A stretch of DNA of 64,000 nucleotides from Anaerolineae bacterium (lineage in GTDB: Bacteria > Chloroflexota > Anaerolineae > Aggregatilineales > Phototrophicaceae), in assembly GCA_034431675.1 (NCBI GenBank), contig DAOUCZ010000171.1, forward strand, positions 7,400 through 71,399, given 5' to 3'. The translations under genes were made by a program, and so were the position numbers. Below the pieces are notes generated by a model, which ran no database searches, was not told where the DNA came from, and worked only from the letters and a program-made list of their open reading frames with translations. Shown piece after piece: positions 9,269 to 19,150 of this stretch (positions are counted from its first letter, which is position 1; each line of letters starts with the position of its first letter).

Positions 9269-10189
9269 ATGAGCACACCGCGCCGCGATGACCTGCGGTT
9301 TACCCAGAACTTTTTGCACGATGCGGCGCTGGTGGCGCGGCTGGTCAAGCAGGCGCAGCTGACTGCCGGCGGGGTGGTGCTGGAGGTCGGGCCGGGCAAG
9401 GGGATTATCACCAGCAGCCTTGCCGATGCGGTTGGCCCGCAGGGACAGGTGATTGCGGTGGAGCTGGATGAGCGCCTTGCCGCAGCGCTGACGGGGCAGT
9501 TTGCCGCGCGGCCACAGGTTAAGGTGATGATTGGGGACATCCTCGACTATGACTTTGGCGCGTTGGGGCGCACATATGCGGTGTTTGCCAATGTCCCGTT
9601 CAACATCACTTCGGCGCTGCTGGAGCGGATGCTTGACCCACGGGTTGGGCCGGCACAAGCACACCTGATTTTGCAGCGTGATACCTTCATCGCGGTGGGG
9701 GAGGGCGGTGCGCCGGCCCTGACGCTGAAGGCGCTGATGGTGCATCCGTGGTATGACGTGCGCGAGGTGTATCGGTTTAGGCCGTCCGATTTTCGGCCTG
9801 CGCCGTCGGTCGAGACCGCGCTGTTTGCGCTGGCGCGCCGCCCCGAGCCGCTGCTGGATTCGGCCCATCACGCGCTGTATCTGGACTTTTTGGCGGTGGT
9901 TTCCAAAGATCGCGCTGGAGAGGGCGGCTGGCGCAAGCTGTTCAGCGGGCCACAGCTCGCATTGCTGCTGGAGCACGGGCTGGTGATGGGGCGCGGGCTG
10001 AAGGCACAACCTGCCGGCGCGATGCTGGCGGCTTTTCGGCTGTTTGCGCAGGCCAATCGGGCGCGTTTTGGGCTGGTGCAGGGCGCGATGGCCAACCTAC
10101 GCGCCGAGCAGCAGCGCCGTGAGGCGATCAATCGGGCGGGCGGTCATCACCGCAGCAATCAAACGCCGCGCAAGCCGCCGCGCCGCTAA
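9269..10189 (+). CDS. rRNA adenine N6-methyltransferase family protein (Erm/KsgA superfamily) with a basic C-terminal extension
   Basis: FTQNFLHD, SAM-binding VLEVGPGKGIIT, AVELDERL, the catalytic-type FANVPFNITS, and DFRPAPSVETALF. Starts 20 nt after the kinase-like gene stop. Confidence 0.8.
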   Translation: MSTPRRDDLRFTQNFLHDAALVARLVKQAQLTAGGVVLEVGPGKGIITSSLADAVGPQGQVIAVELDERLAAALTGQFAARPQVKVMIGDILDYDFGALGRTYAVFANVPFNITSALLERMLDPRVGPAQAHLILQRDTFIAVGEGGAPALTLKALMVHPWYDVREVYRFRPSDFRPAPSVETALFALARRPEPLLDSAHHALYLDFLAVVSKDRAGEGGWRKLFSGPQLALLLEHGLVMGRGLKAQPAGAMLAAFRLFAQANRARFGLVQGAMANLRAEQQRREAINRAGGHHRSNQTPRKPPRR

Positions 10190-10266
10190 GCGGTTTGCGT
10201 CATAGGGGCTTGTGGGCCACAATCAGCGGGGTATGTTGACTGATTGACCGCACAAAAAGGCCTCTT

Positions 10267-12189
10267 ATGCTGCAAAACATCCTACTCCACGGCAACCCGA
10301 ACCCACCCACTCCCCCGACCATCCTGCGCGCCGGCCCACTGACCGCCCGTTTTGAGCGGGGGATGCTGCGCGACATCCGCGTGCAGGGCGTGCTGGCTCT
10401 GCATCAGATTTATGCAGCCCTGCGAGACCACAATTGGGCCACCATTGGCGGGACGCTGCACGACCTGACGATTGACCAGCAGGCCGACTCGTTCCGTGTG
10501 ACGTTTCGCAGTGAGCACCGGCAGGCCGACATCGATTTTGTGTGGTTGGGCGACATCACCGGCAGCCCGAACGGGGAGCTGACCTTTCGCTTTCGCGGGG
10601 AGGCGCGTTCGTCCTTCCGGCGCAACCGCATCGGGTTTTGCGTGCTGCACCCGATGCAAGCCGCGGGCGCGGCCTGCCGCATCGAGCACACCGATGGTCG
10701 GCAGAGCGAGGGGGTGCTGCCGGTGGAGGTCACGCCGTATCAGCCGTATCTCGACATCCGTGCGCTGTATCACGAGGCGGCGCGCGGCTTGTGGATAGAG
10801 ACGCGCATGACCGGCGACAGCTTTGAGATGGAAGACCAGCGTCAATGGGGAGATGCCAGCTATAAGACGTACTGTACGCCGGTTGGACTGCCGTTTCCGG
10901 TGGAGGTGCGGGCTGGCACAGTCATCGAGCAGGCCATCACCCTGACGGCGCACGGGACGCCCGAGGGGGTGATGCAAGCCGGCGAGGATGGTGTGACTGT
11001 CTCGGTATTGGACGGTGCGGCGGCCAATCTGCCGGCGTTGGGCCTAAGCCTTGCGAGCCATGATGAGGCGCTGAATGCGGCGGCGGTGGAGCGCCTGCGC
11101 GCTTTATCTCTGGCGCATCTGCGGGCGGATGTGCGCTTGTATCAGGCGGGGTGGCAGGCGCGCGCCGTGCGTGCGCTGAACGAGGCGGCTGCGTTGGGCT
11201 GTGCACTGGAGTGGGCGCTGCATGTCAGCGATGAGGCGCGCCAAGAGCTGACGGCTTTTGAGGCGCTGCTGTCCGCTCATCCGCCGGTGCGTGCGGCGCG
11301 CGTGTTGGTCTTTCATGCTGGCAGTGCGGTGACCGCGCCGCAGTGGGTGGCGCTGGCGCGCGAACTGGTGGCGCTGGATGCCCCGTTTGGCGGCGGGACG
11401 GATGCTTTTTTCACGGCGCTCAACCGCAATCGGCCAGCGCAGCCCGAGGCCTTTGATGTGTTGGCGTTTTCGGCCAACCCGCAGGTGCACGCCTTTGACA
11501 ATGACACCTTGTTCGAGATCGCGCCGGTGCTGCCGGCCATCCTCGCGACGGCGCGCGGATTTGCGGATGGGGCGGCGCTGGCGGTCTCACCGCTAACGCT
11601 GAAGATGCGCTGGAATCCCGACGCCACCGGTGCGCCTGCGCCTGTGCCGGCGGATCAGCTACCGCCGACGGTGGATGTGCGTCAGATGTCGATGCTGGCT
11701 GCGGCATGGACGGTAGCGTGCGTGGCTGGGGCGGCGCGCGGAGGGGCAGCGTCGCTTACGCTGTTTGAGACGACCGGCTGGCTGGGGGTGATGGAGCGCG
11801 CGGGCGGCTCACCTTTGCCTGATAAGTTCCCGTCTGCGGCGGGTGGGCTGTTTCCGGTGTATGCCGCGCTGTGGATGATTGCGGGCTTTGGCGCGCATGA
11901 GGTGCTGCCGTGTGCCGTCAGTGCGCCAGAGCGCGTAGCGGCGCTGGCCCTGCGCCATCCGGATGGGCGGGTGCGGCTTGTGCTGGCCAATCAGAGCGCT
12001 GAGCCAGTGGAGGTGCGCCTGAATGGCAGCGCGTTGACCGGCGCGCCGGAGTGCGTCGTGCTGGGGGTAGACGAGGCGGCGGTTCTGGCTGAGGCGACCG
12101 GTGCGCTGCCGCTGAGGCCAGTGACGCTCGACGGCACAGCTGCATTGACCCTGCCGGCTTATGGCGTTGCCAGTGTGACGGGTGACTAG
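10267..12189 (+). CDS. Conserved hypothetical protein, 640 aa, no signal peptide
   Basis: Long ORF with protein-like composition and no competing annotated frame. I cannot assign a family with confidence. The N-terminal part is beta-rich and the middle region alternates helix and strand, which could fit a TIM barrel. Confidence 0.6.
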   Translation: MLQNILLHGNPNPPTPPTILRAGPLTARFERGMLRDIRVQGVLALHQIYAALRDHNWATIGGTLHDLTIDQQADSFRVTFRSEHRQADIDFVWLGDITGSPNGELTFRFRGEARSSFRRNRIGFCVLHPMQAAGAACRIEHTDGRQSEGVLPVEVTPYQPYLDIRALYHEAARGLWIETRMTGDSFEMEDQRQWGDASYKTYCTPVGLPFPVEVRAGTVIEQAITLTAHGTPEGVMQAGEDGVTVSVLDGAAANLPALGLSLASHDEALNAAAVERLRALSLAHLRADVRLYQAGWQARAVRALNEAAALGCALEWALHVSDEARQELTAFEALLSAHPPVRAARVLVFHAGSAVTAPQWVALARELVALDAPFGGGTDAFFTALNRNRPAQPEAFDVLAFSANPQVHAFDNDTLFEIAPVLPAILATARGFADGAALAVSPLTLKMRWNPDATGAPAPVPADQLPPTVDVRQMSMLAAAWTVACVAGAARGGAASLTLFETTGWLGVMERAGGSPLPDKFPSAAGGLFPVYAALWMIAGFGAHEVLPCAVSAPERVAALALRHPDGRVRLVLANQSAEPVEVRLNGSALTGAPECVVLGVDEAAVLAEATGALPLRPVTLDGTAALTLPAYGVASVTGD

Positions 12190-14267
12190 AGCCGACTGAG
12201 GCCTTCGGTCAGGGCGCGTAGGCTGGCCAGAGTCAGGCGGTGCGGGGCTTGCGGCGGCGGGGTGAGGGTGATGGGGGCGGCATAGTCCCCCTCGGCATTG
12301 AGGGCGGGCGGGGTGCTCATCACCACCACGCGGGGCGGGATGGCGCGTGCGCGCACGGCCTCGATAAAGCCGTTGGACTCGGTGCTGGCGGCATCCAGCA
12401 GAATCAGGTCTGGTGCGCGCTCGTGGGTGAGGCTGAGGCCCTGCGCCCCGCTCAGCGCGCTGTAGACATCAGGGGCGGGGGAGAGGCGCTCCAGCGCGCG
12501 TTGGGCCAGCTGGATGAAGCCGAGGTCATCGGTGACCACCAGCACGCTGCGCGGTATGGTGTGGCGCGTCACCGCGCGGAGGAGTGCGTCGGGGCTGACC
12601 GGCTTGAACAGCGCATCATCGGCCTGAGATGGGGTATCTGGCAGACGGGGCAGGGTGCAGGTGATGGTGGGAATGGGGCGCGGCATGGTGGGCAGCTCAC
12701 CTTGCCCGCTCAGCACCACATCGACCGCGTGCCGTTCAATCAAGGCCATCAGGGTGTTTTCGGCGGCGTTGGCCGGCGCACTGATGATGCGGCAGTGGGG
12801 CAGGGCACGCTCGACAAACAGCGTCTGGGCCGGTGTGGCTTGGCTGACCAACACGGTTAGGCTGCCGGCACTGCGTGTGCCGTCTGGGCCGGCGGCGCGC
12901 CCGGGCGCGCTGATGCTGCGCACTGGTAGGCTGAAGGTGAAGGTTGCGCCGTGTCCGTGCTCACTCTCCACCCAGATACGCCCGTCATGGGTCTCGACAA
13001 AGCGCTTGCTGATGGCAAGCCCAAGGCCCGCCCCACCATGCCGGCGGCTGAGCGATGAATCAACTTGATAGAACTCCTCGAAAATCATGGCTTGTTTGTC
13101 GGGTGGGACGCCGCGACCGGTATCCGAGACGGCGAACAGCACTTCTTGGCCGGCCTGCCACACGGTCAGCATCACCGCGCCAGACTCGGTGAAGCGGTGG
13201 GCGTTGCTGAGCAGGTTGAGCAGAACCTGCCGGATGCGGGTGCAGTCCATCTCGATGTCGGGCAGGTTGGGGGCTAGCTCGATGCTGAAGCGCAGGCGGC
13301 CATCGCGGAAGATGCTGTCGAAAATCTCGCGCGAGTCGTCGATGAAGCGGGCGACGTTGATGCGCTCGAAATTGAGCGAAAACGACGACAGCTCGGCCTG
13401 TGACAGGTCAAGCACGTCGTCAATCATGCCCAGCAGATGCCGGCTGCTGGTGTAAATCTGATACAGGTCACGGGCCAGCTTGGGCGGCAGCTTTTGATCG
13501 GTATAGACTTCGGGCGTCATCACCATAATCTCGCTGAACCCGACAATCAGGTTGAGCGGGGTGCGCAGCTCGTGGCTGATGTTGGCCGCAAAGCGCTGCT
13601 TGAGGCGGCGGGCCTCATCGGCCTGCTGACGGGCGATGACCAACTGCTGTTGGGTGCGGTTGAGCGATTGATAGGCGAGGTCGAGCGACTTGAGGGTTTG
13701 GGTGAGCTTGGCTTGATGCTCGCGCGATTCGTTCAGCAGGGCGTCGGCGCGGGCTTGCATGGCACGATACCATGCCAGCGCGGTATACAGCGAGGCCACC
13801 GAGGTTTGCAGCAGGGCCAGCATCAGCGTCAGCAGGCCGATGAAGCCCCAGATTGGATAGCCCGCGGGCATCAGCGCTGCTGTGCCCAGCGCCAGCATCA
13901 CGGCGGTTGTCCAGTGCCCATAGGTGACGGTCATACCCGACAGCACCATCAGGGCAAGGCCGATAGGGGGCAGTGCTGGGTCTGGGACGAGCGCCATGGC
14001 CAGCAGCAGCGCGCTGGTGAGCAGCAGCGGCAGGCTGTAGCGTGCGGCATCGGGGTGGCGGGGCAGCAGCCACAGCACGAACCCGATGGCCAGCACAAGG
14101 CCAATCAGCACGACGGTGAGGGTGACGGGGAAGCGCACGTTGAACAGCGACAGATACAGCCCCAGCAGGCAGGCGGTCAGCGTCAGCCAGCCAAAGCGTT
14201 TGACCATGCTGTGACGCAGGTTTTGCAAGGTATCGCGCAGGCTGGGGTCGCGGATGAACAGGTTCAT
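12186..14267 (-). CDS. Membrane-bound hybrid sensor histidine kinase (HisKA + HATPase_c + C-terminal receiver-like domains)
   Basis: About 5 N-terminal TM helices. H-box FAANISHELRTPLN, N-box LLNLLSNAHRF, G-boxes DTGRGV and GAGLGLAI. C-terminal VLVVTDD...PDLILLDA is receiver-like. Confidence 0.9.
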   Translation of the reverse strand: MNLFIRDPSLRDTLQNLRHSMVKRFGWLTLTACLLGLYLSLFNVRFPVTLTVVLIGLVLAIGFVLWLLPRHPDAARYSLPLLLTSALLLAMALVPDPALPPIGLALMVLSGMTVTYGHWTTAVMLALGTAALMPAGYPIWGFIGLLTLMLALLQTSVASLYTALAWYRAMQARADALLNESREHQAKLTQTLKSLDLAYQSLNRTQQQLVIARQQADEARRLKQRFAANISHELRTPLNLIVGFSEIMVMTPEVYTDQKLPPKLARDLYQIYTSSRHLLGMIDDVLDLSQAELSSFSLNFERINVARFIDDSREIFDSIFRDGRLRFSIELAPNLPDIEMDCTRIRQVLLNLLSNAHRFTESGAVMLTVWQAGQEVLFAVSDTGRGVPPDKQAMIFEEFYQVDSSLSRRHGGAGLGLAISKRFVETHDGRIWVESEHGHGATFTFSLPVRSISAPGRAAGPDGTRSAGSLTVLVSQATPAQTLFVERALPHCRIISAPANAAENTLMALIERHAVDVVLSGQGELPTMPRPIPTITCTLPRLPDTPSQADDALFKPVSPDALLRAVTRHTIPRSVLVVTDDLGFIQLAQRALERLSPAPDVYSALSGAQGLSLTHERAPDLILLDAASTESNGFIEAVRARAIPPRVVVMSTPPALNAEGDYAAPITLTPPPQAPHRLTLASLRALTEGLSRL

Positions 14268-15469
14268 AGGCCCAGTGCCTCCAGCGCTTGCAGCAGGCCG
14301 GCGCGCTGGATCGGCTTGGCAATCACCGCGTTTGCCCCCAGCGAATAGGCCAGCTCTGGGTCGCTGACCACCGAACAGATGATGACCGGTATCGCACGGG
14401 TGCGCTCGTCGGCGCGCAGGGTTTGCAGCACATCCCAGCCGTTCAGGTCGGGCATCATCAGGTCGAGCAGGATGGCGTCGGGCTGAAACTGTGCGGCATA
14501 GTTCAAGCCGTCTGCGCCGGTGGCGGCGGCAGTGACCTTGTAGCGCGGCTCGGGCAGCAGGCGTTGAAGCAGGTCGAGCAGGCCGTGATTATCGTCGATG
14601 GCGAGGATGCGCGTGCCATAGGCGGGGATGCCGAGCTGGAGGTGCAGTTGGCCGCCCTGCACGCGCGCTTGGGTGAACTGAAAGCGCAGGCGCGTAATCA
14701 TCTGTTGGATTGGGCCGGCCAGCGCCAGCGAGTCATCACTGCGAGGGGTGAGGGTGAGGCTGAACATACACGACTGTGCAGCTTGTGACAGCGCGATGTG
14801 CAGAGTGGTGTGGGGTTGAGCGGCTTGCACCGCGCTGCTCAACAGTGAAATCATCACCTGCTGCGCTGCTGCGCTGTTGACCGAGACCACCACCGGATGC
14901 GCCGGCAGGGCAGGGCTGAGGCTGACGTGATACTGCTCGGTGAGGCGCTGCACGGCCTTGAGCGCGCTCTGGCAGAGGGCCAGCAGGTCGGTGGGGGCTT
15001 GTTGACCTTCTAGGCGGGCCAGCTCGTCGGCCAGCGAAGAGATACCGGCGGCGGGTGGCTGCTGTTGGGGGGTGCTCTGCCGGTTGAACCACATCAGCTC
15101 GGCCACGCCGTCACAGCCGGTTTTGAGGTCACGATAGGCTTGGCGCAGCGAGATACCCAATTGATGGGCGGCCTCTTGCAAGGTCATGCCCCCCACATAA
15201 TGCATGTGCAGCAGGTTATAGGTGCGGCTGGCGGTGGGGCGTTGGGCAAGGTCTTTGCCGGGGTTGAGCGCCTCGATGGTGTTGATGAGTTCTCGGCGCA
15301 GGCGCTGACCTTGCGGCTCGCTGGTGCTGCCTTGTGGGGCGCTGGCGGCCAGTGGGTGACGGTTGAGCGCGGGCAGGTCGTATAGAGTCTCGAGGGCCTG
15401 CCGGACGTGATCGGTAAAGTCTTCGGGCGGGGAGGGGGGTGTGTCATCGTGTGGGGGATAGTTTGTCAT
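14264..15469 (-). CDS. Response regulator with N-terminal sigma-70-region-4-like HTH, a degenerate middle domain and a C-terminal receiver
   Basis: HTH segment GGMTLQEAAHQLGISLRQAYRDLK. Receiver RILAIDDN...DAILLDLMMPDLNGWDVL...PVIICS...AKP. Its stop overlaps the kinase start in ATGA (14264-14267). Confidence 0.85.
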   Translation of the reverse strand: MTNYPPHDDTPPSPPEDFTDHVRQALETLYDLPALNRHPLAASAPQGSTSEPQGQRLRRELINTIEALNPGKDLAQRPTASRTYNLLHMHYVGGMTLQEAAHQLGISLRQAYRDLKTGCDGVAELMWFNRQSTPQQQPPAAGISSLADELARLEGQQAPTDLLALCQSALKAVQRLTEQYHVSLSPALPAHPVVVSVNSAAAQQVMISLLSSAVQAAQPHTTLHIALSQAAQSCMFSLTLTPRSDDSLALAGPIQQMITRLRFQFTQARVQGGQLHLQLGIPAYGTRILAIDDNHGLLDLLQRLLPEPRYKVTAAATGADGLNYAAQFQPDAILLDLMMPDLNGWDVLQTLRADERTRAIPVIICSVVSDPELAYSLGANAVIAKPIQRAGLLQALEALGL

Positions 15470-15586
15470 GGTTGTGTCACAACTTTGTCAAAAATGTACG
15501 GTAAAACGTGCATCCAACCGGTATAGTTTGTACCAGATGGCCATCTCGGTCGTCGGCTGTAGGGATATTTTTATGGAGTGTAACGC

Positions 15587-16858
15587 ATGAAAGCTCGTTT
15601 GGTCTTTGTCGTGATGCTTCTTGCTTTGTCGAGCGTGTTTGGCCTAACCAGCGCGCAAGACGGGCCGTCGGGTGAGTTGGAAATCTTTTCGTGGTGGGCG
15701 GGCGACGAAGGCCCAGCTCTTGAGGCCTTGATTGCATTGTACAGCGCCCAGTACCCCGATGTGCAGGTCATCAACGCCACCGTGACCGGCGGCAGCGGTG
15801 TGAATGCGCGCGCGGTGCTCAAGACCCGCATGCTGGGTGGCACGCCGCCGGCCAGCTTTCAGGTGCACGCCGGCCAAGAACTGACCGGCACGTGGGTGAT
15901 TGCAGGCCGCATGGAGTCGCTGAACGACTTGTTTGAGGCCGAGGGCTGGTACGAGGCGTTCCCCGCCCAGCTGATTGAGCAAATCAGCTATGAGGGCGAT
16001 GTGTACAGCGTGCCGGTCAACATCCACCGCTCCAACGTGATGTGGTACAACCCGGCCAAGGTGGCCGAGTGGGGCTTTGACGTGCCGGCCACGTGGGACG
16101 ACTTCCTTGCGCTGTGCCCGACCATTCAAGCTGCCGGCGTGACCCCGCTGGTGGTGGGTGAGGCGTGGACGGTCAACCACTTGTGGGAGAGCGTGGCGCT
16201 GGGCGTGCTGGGTGCAGATGGCTGGGCCGGCATCTGGACGGGTGAGACCGCTGCCGACGGGCCAGAAATGATGGCGGTCTGGGATCGCTTCTCGGAAGTG
16301 CTGGCGTGCTCCAATATCGGCATGGACAGCGCCGGCCTGAGCTGGCAGCAGGCCATCGACAAGGTGATTGCGGGCGAAGCCGCTTTCAATATCATGGGCG
16401 ACTGGGCTGCCGGGTATATGGCGACCACGCTGGGCCTCGTGCCGGGTGAGGGCTTTGGCTATGCGGCCTCGCCGGACACTGACGGCACGTTCATGTGGCT
16501 GTCGGACAGCTTTGGCCTGCCGGTTGGTTCGCCCAACCGTGAAGCCACGCTGGCATGGCTGGCGGTGCTGGGGTCGGTGGAGGGGCAAAACGCCTTCAAC
16601 CCGCTGAAGGGCAGCATCCCCGCCCGTGTGGACGCGGTGGATGCTGCGCCAGAGCTGTATAACGCCTATCTGCAATCGGCGGCCTCAGACTGGGCCAGCA
16701 ACACATTGGCGGCCAGCCTTGTGCACGGCACGGCGGCTAATGAGCGCTTCATGGGCGATTTCAATCAGGTGATGGAAATCTTCCTTGCCACGCGCAGCAG
16801 CGCAGCAGCCAGCGCCGCCTTCAAGGCAGTGTGTGCCACCAGCGGCGCATGCGGCTGA
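15587..16858 (+). CDS. ABC transporter extracellular solute-binding protein (family 1, sugar type)
   Basis: Signal peptide [24 protein letters not shown]. The pattern [15 protein letters not shown]... is typical of sugar-binding proteins. GGAG upstream of the ATG. Two permease genes follow. Confidence 0.88.
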   Translation: MKARLVFVVMLLALSSVFGLTSAQDGPSGELEIFSWWAGDEGPALEALIALYSAQYPDVQVINATVTGGSGVNARAVLKTRMLGGTPPASFQVHAGQELTGTWVIAGRMESLNDLFEAEGWYEAFPAQLIEQISYEGDVYSVPVNIHRSNVMWYNPAKVAEWGFDVPATWDDFLALCPTIQAAGVTPLVVGEAWTVNHLWESVALGVLGADGWAGIWTGETAADGPEMMAVWDRFSEVLACSNIGMDSAGLSWQQAIDKVIAGEAAFNIMGDWAAGYMATTLGLVPGEGFGYAASPDTDGTFMWLSDSFGLPVGSPNREATLAWLAVLGSVEGQNAFNPLKGSIPARVDAVDAAPELYNAYLQSAASDWASNTLAASLVHGTAANERFMGDFNQVMEIFLATRSSAAASAAFKAVCATSGACG

Positions 16859-16928
16859 GCTGAACAGTAAACCCGCTGTGCGGTGTGTGGTGGGTCAGCC
16901 CCGTCCGCGCACCGCACAGTGCAAGGCC

Positions 16929-16968
16929 AAACAAGGGCGGCAGGCCACCATCCGCGCCGCCCTTGTTT
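16929..16968 (+). terminator. Strong intercistronic hairpin after the binding-protein gene (attenuator or mRNA stabiliser; no U-tract)
   Basis: AAACAAGGGCGGC (16929-16941), 14-nt loop, GCCGCCCTTGTTT (16956-16968): a perfect 13-bp stem. A second 10-bp pair, CTGTGCGGTG/CACCGCACAG, lies just upstream. Confidence 0.5.
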
Positions 16969-17034
16969 CATCCCCCACCTTGTTTAACGATTGTTTGCAT
17001 AGTCAATCTGACGGTTGGTCATTGGAGGCGCGCC

Positions 17035-18186
17035 GTGAGAAGCCAAAGGGATCGCATCATCGCGTTCTTGATGCTGCTGCCTTCGCTGGCACTGCTGGGT
17101 TTGTTCGTCTATGGGTTTATTGGGCAGGCCATCAGCACGTCGCTGAGCGATTGGGGATCGAACCCGGCACAGCCCCCGCTGGCGCTGGATGTGGTCAAGA
17201 GCTTTGTCGGGTTCAAAAACTATCAGAGCATCATGACCGACCTGCTGGAGTTCAATTTCCGCAATGCGCTGGTCAATACGTTCTTCTTCACCATTTTTTT
17301 TGTCGCGGGGTGTTTGTTCGTCGGCTTATTCCTTGCGCTGCTGCTTGACCAAAACGTGAAAGGTGAGGGGTTCTTTCGCACGGTGTTTTTGTTCCCGATG
17401 GCGCTGTCGTTTGTGGTGACGGGCACAATCTGGCGCTGGATGCTTCAGCCGGGAGGGGGCATCAATGTGCTGCCGCAGGTGTTTGGGCTGCCGCCGCTTC
17501 AGTTTAGCTGGATCAACACGCGCGAGGTGATTTTTGGGTTTGAGTGGGCCGATGTGCCGCGTTTACTCACGGTGGTCGGTGTGGCGATTTTGAGCGTGAT
17601 GGCGCTGCGCTTTGCGTTGAGCGGTCGGCGGCAGGCGCTGATGGTGACCGGCGGAGGGGTGGCCGCGGTGCTGCTGCTGCCGCTGATCGGGTTCTGGGAC
17701 GTGATTTGGCCGACGCTGGCGGTGCCAGAGGCCGAAAACGCCATGGCTCCCAAGGGCTTCAATCTTGCGCTGGTGGGGGTGGTGATTGCGGCGGTCTGGC
17801 AGATGGCCGGCTATACCATGGCTATGTTCATCGCCGGCATTCGCGGCGTCAGTGACGAGCTGCGCGAAGCGGCGCGCGTGGACGGGTGCAGCGAAATCGG
17901 GGTGTATCGCTATATCATCTTGCCGCAGCTCAGCCCGATTTTCTTGAGCGCCATGATTATCCTCGGCCACATCTCACTGAAGATTTTTGACCTTGTGTTC
18001 GCCATGGCCGGCCCAGACAACGCCCAGACGGTGGTGCCCGGCCTGCTGGTGTATACCGAAGGCTTCCGCGAGAACGACTTTGCCAAAGCCAGCGCGATTG
18101 CAGTGATCATGCTGTTTTTTGTGGCGCTGATTATCATCCCGTATCTGTGGTCTCAGTTCCGCGAAGCCTCACGCGGGAAGTCGTAA
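17035..18186 (+). CDS. Sugar ABC transporter permease (MalF/BPD_transp_1 type)
   Basis: GTG 17035 is in frame with GGAGG at 17024-17028. N-terminus [23 protein letters not shown]-like loop [26 protein letters not shown]. The ORF-track start at 16885 adds a non-native Pro/Arg-rich leader. Confidence 0.88.
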   Translation: MRSQRDRIIAFLMLLPSLALLGLFVYGFIGQAISTSLSDWGSNPAQPPLALDVVKSFVGFKNYQSIMTDLLEFNFRNALVNTFFFTIFFVAGCLFVGLFLALLLDQNVKGEGFFRTVFLFPMALSFVVTGTIWRWMLQPGGGINVLPQVFGLPPLQFSWINTREVIFGFEWADVPRLLTVVGVAILSVMALRFALSGRRQALMVTGGGVAAVLLLPLIGFWDVIWPTLAVPEAENAMAPKGFNLALVGVVIAAVWQMAGYTMAMFIAGIRGVSDELREAARVDGCSEIGVYRYIILPQLSPIFLSAMIILGHISLKIFDLVFAMAGPDNAQTVVPGLLVYTEGFRENDFAKASAIAVIMLFFVALIIIPYLWSQFREASRGKS

Positions 18187-18203
18187 AGGAAAGGGCGTGC
18201 AAC

Positions 18204-19061
18204 ATGGCTTCAACGGCTTCGACCGTGTATACCCCCAAGCAGTGGCGGCGCTACACCGTGCGCACAGTGCTCTATGTCATGCTGATTGTGATGACGCTGG
18301 TGTTTTTGCTGCCGGTCTATCTGGTGGTGGTGACCAGCCTCAAGAACCCCGCCGAAATCAATCTGGCCACCACATGGGCGCCCCCCAGCGAGCTGTACTG
18401 GCAGTCGTTTAGCGAGGTGTTGACAGCCTTTGGGCCGCGCCTGCGCAACAGCGTAGCGCTGGTGATTGGCGCGACCGTGCTGTCCTCGGTGTTGGGCAGC
18501 TTAAACGGCTATGTGCTGAGTAAATGGCGCATCCCGGGCGAGAAAATCTTGTTCCCGCTGATGCTGTTTGGGATGTTTATCCCCTATCAGGCCATCCTAA
18601 TACCGCTGTTTGAGTTTATGCGCAGCATCGGGCTGTATGGCGGCGTGCCGGGCCTCATCTTGATTCACACGGTGTATGGCTTGCCCATCACCACGCTGAT
18701 TTTTCGCAATTTCTATGTGGACATCCCAGACGAGATGCTGGAGGCGGCGGCCATCGACGGTGCGGACTTCTTTGGCATCTATACCAATGTGGTGTTCCCG
18801 CTGTCGATACCCGGGTTTGTGGTGGTAGTGATTTGGCAGTTTACGCAGATTTGGAACGAGTTTTTGTTCGGCGTGACGATGACCGCCAACGATGCCCAGC
18901 CCATCACGGTGGGGTTGGCTCAGCTGGCTGGCGGCGAGGCCGTGAAGTGGAATCTGCCGATGGCCGGCGCGATTGTGGCGGCTTTGCCCCCGCTGCTGGT
19001 GTATATTGTGCTGGGGCGCTATTTCATCCGCGGCCTGCTGGCCGGCTCGGTCAAGGGCTAG
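18204..19061 (+). CDS. Sugar ABC transporter permease (MalG type)
   Basis: ATG 18204 follows AAAGGAAAGGG. EAA loop [26 protein letters not shown]. Six hydrophobic helices. Confidence 0.9.
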   Translation: MASTASTVYTPKQWRRYTVRTVLYVMLIVMTLVFLLPVYLVVVTSLKNPAEINLATTWAPPSELYWQSFSEVLTAFGPRLRNSVALVIGATVLSSVLGSLNGYVLSKWRIPGEKILFPLMLFGMFIPYQAILIPLFEFMRSIGLYGGVPGLILIHTVYGLPITTLIFRNFYVDIPDEMLEAAAIDGADFFGIYTNVVFPLSIPGFVVVVIWQFTQIWNEFLFGVTMTANDAQPITVGLAQLAGGEAVKWNLPMAGAIVAALPPLLVYIVLGRYFIRGLLAGSVKG

Positions 19062-19090
19062 GCGCGGCAGAGTGATGGCCTGCGGATGTC

Positions 19091-19124
19091 AAAAACGGAC
19101 GGGAGAGAGACACCGTCCGTTTTT
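19091..19124. terminator. Bidirectional rho-independent terminator between convergent genes
   Basis: AAAAACGGACGG (19091-19102), loop GAGAGAGACA, CCGTCCGTTTTT (19113-19124). A/T tracts flank it on both sides. Confidence 0.85.
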
Positions 19125-19150
19125 GCGTTTGTGCAGACCGATACAGCGGG

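Noticed and set aside
8077-10009. Long minus-strand ORFs (8077-9021 and 9239-10009) antisense to the kinase-like and methyltransferase genes
   Set aside because: Same reasoning: the opposite strand carries motif-bearing genes, and these translations are low-complexity and rich in Arg, Gly, Gln and Leu.
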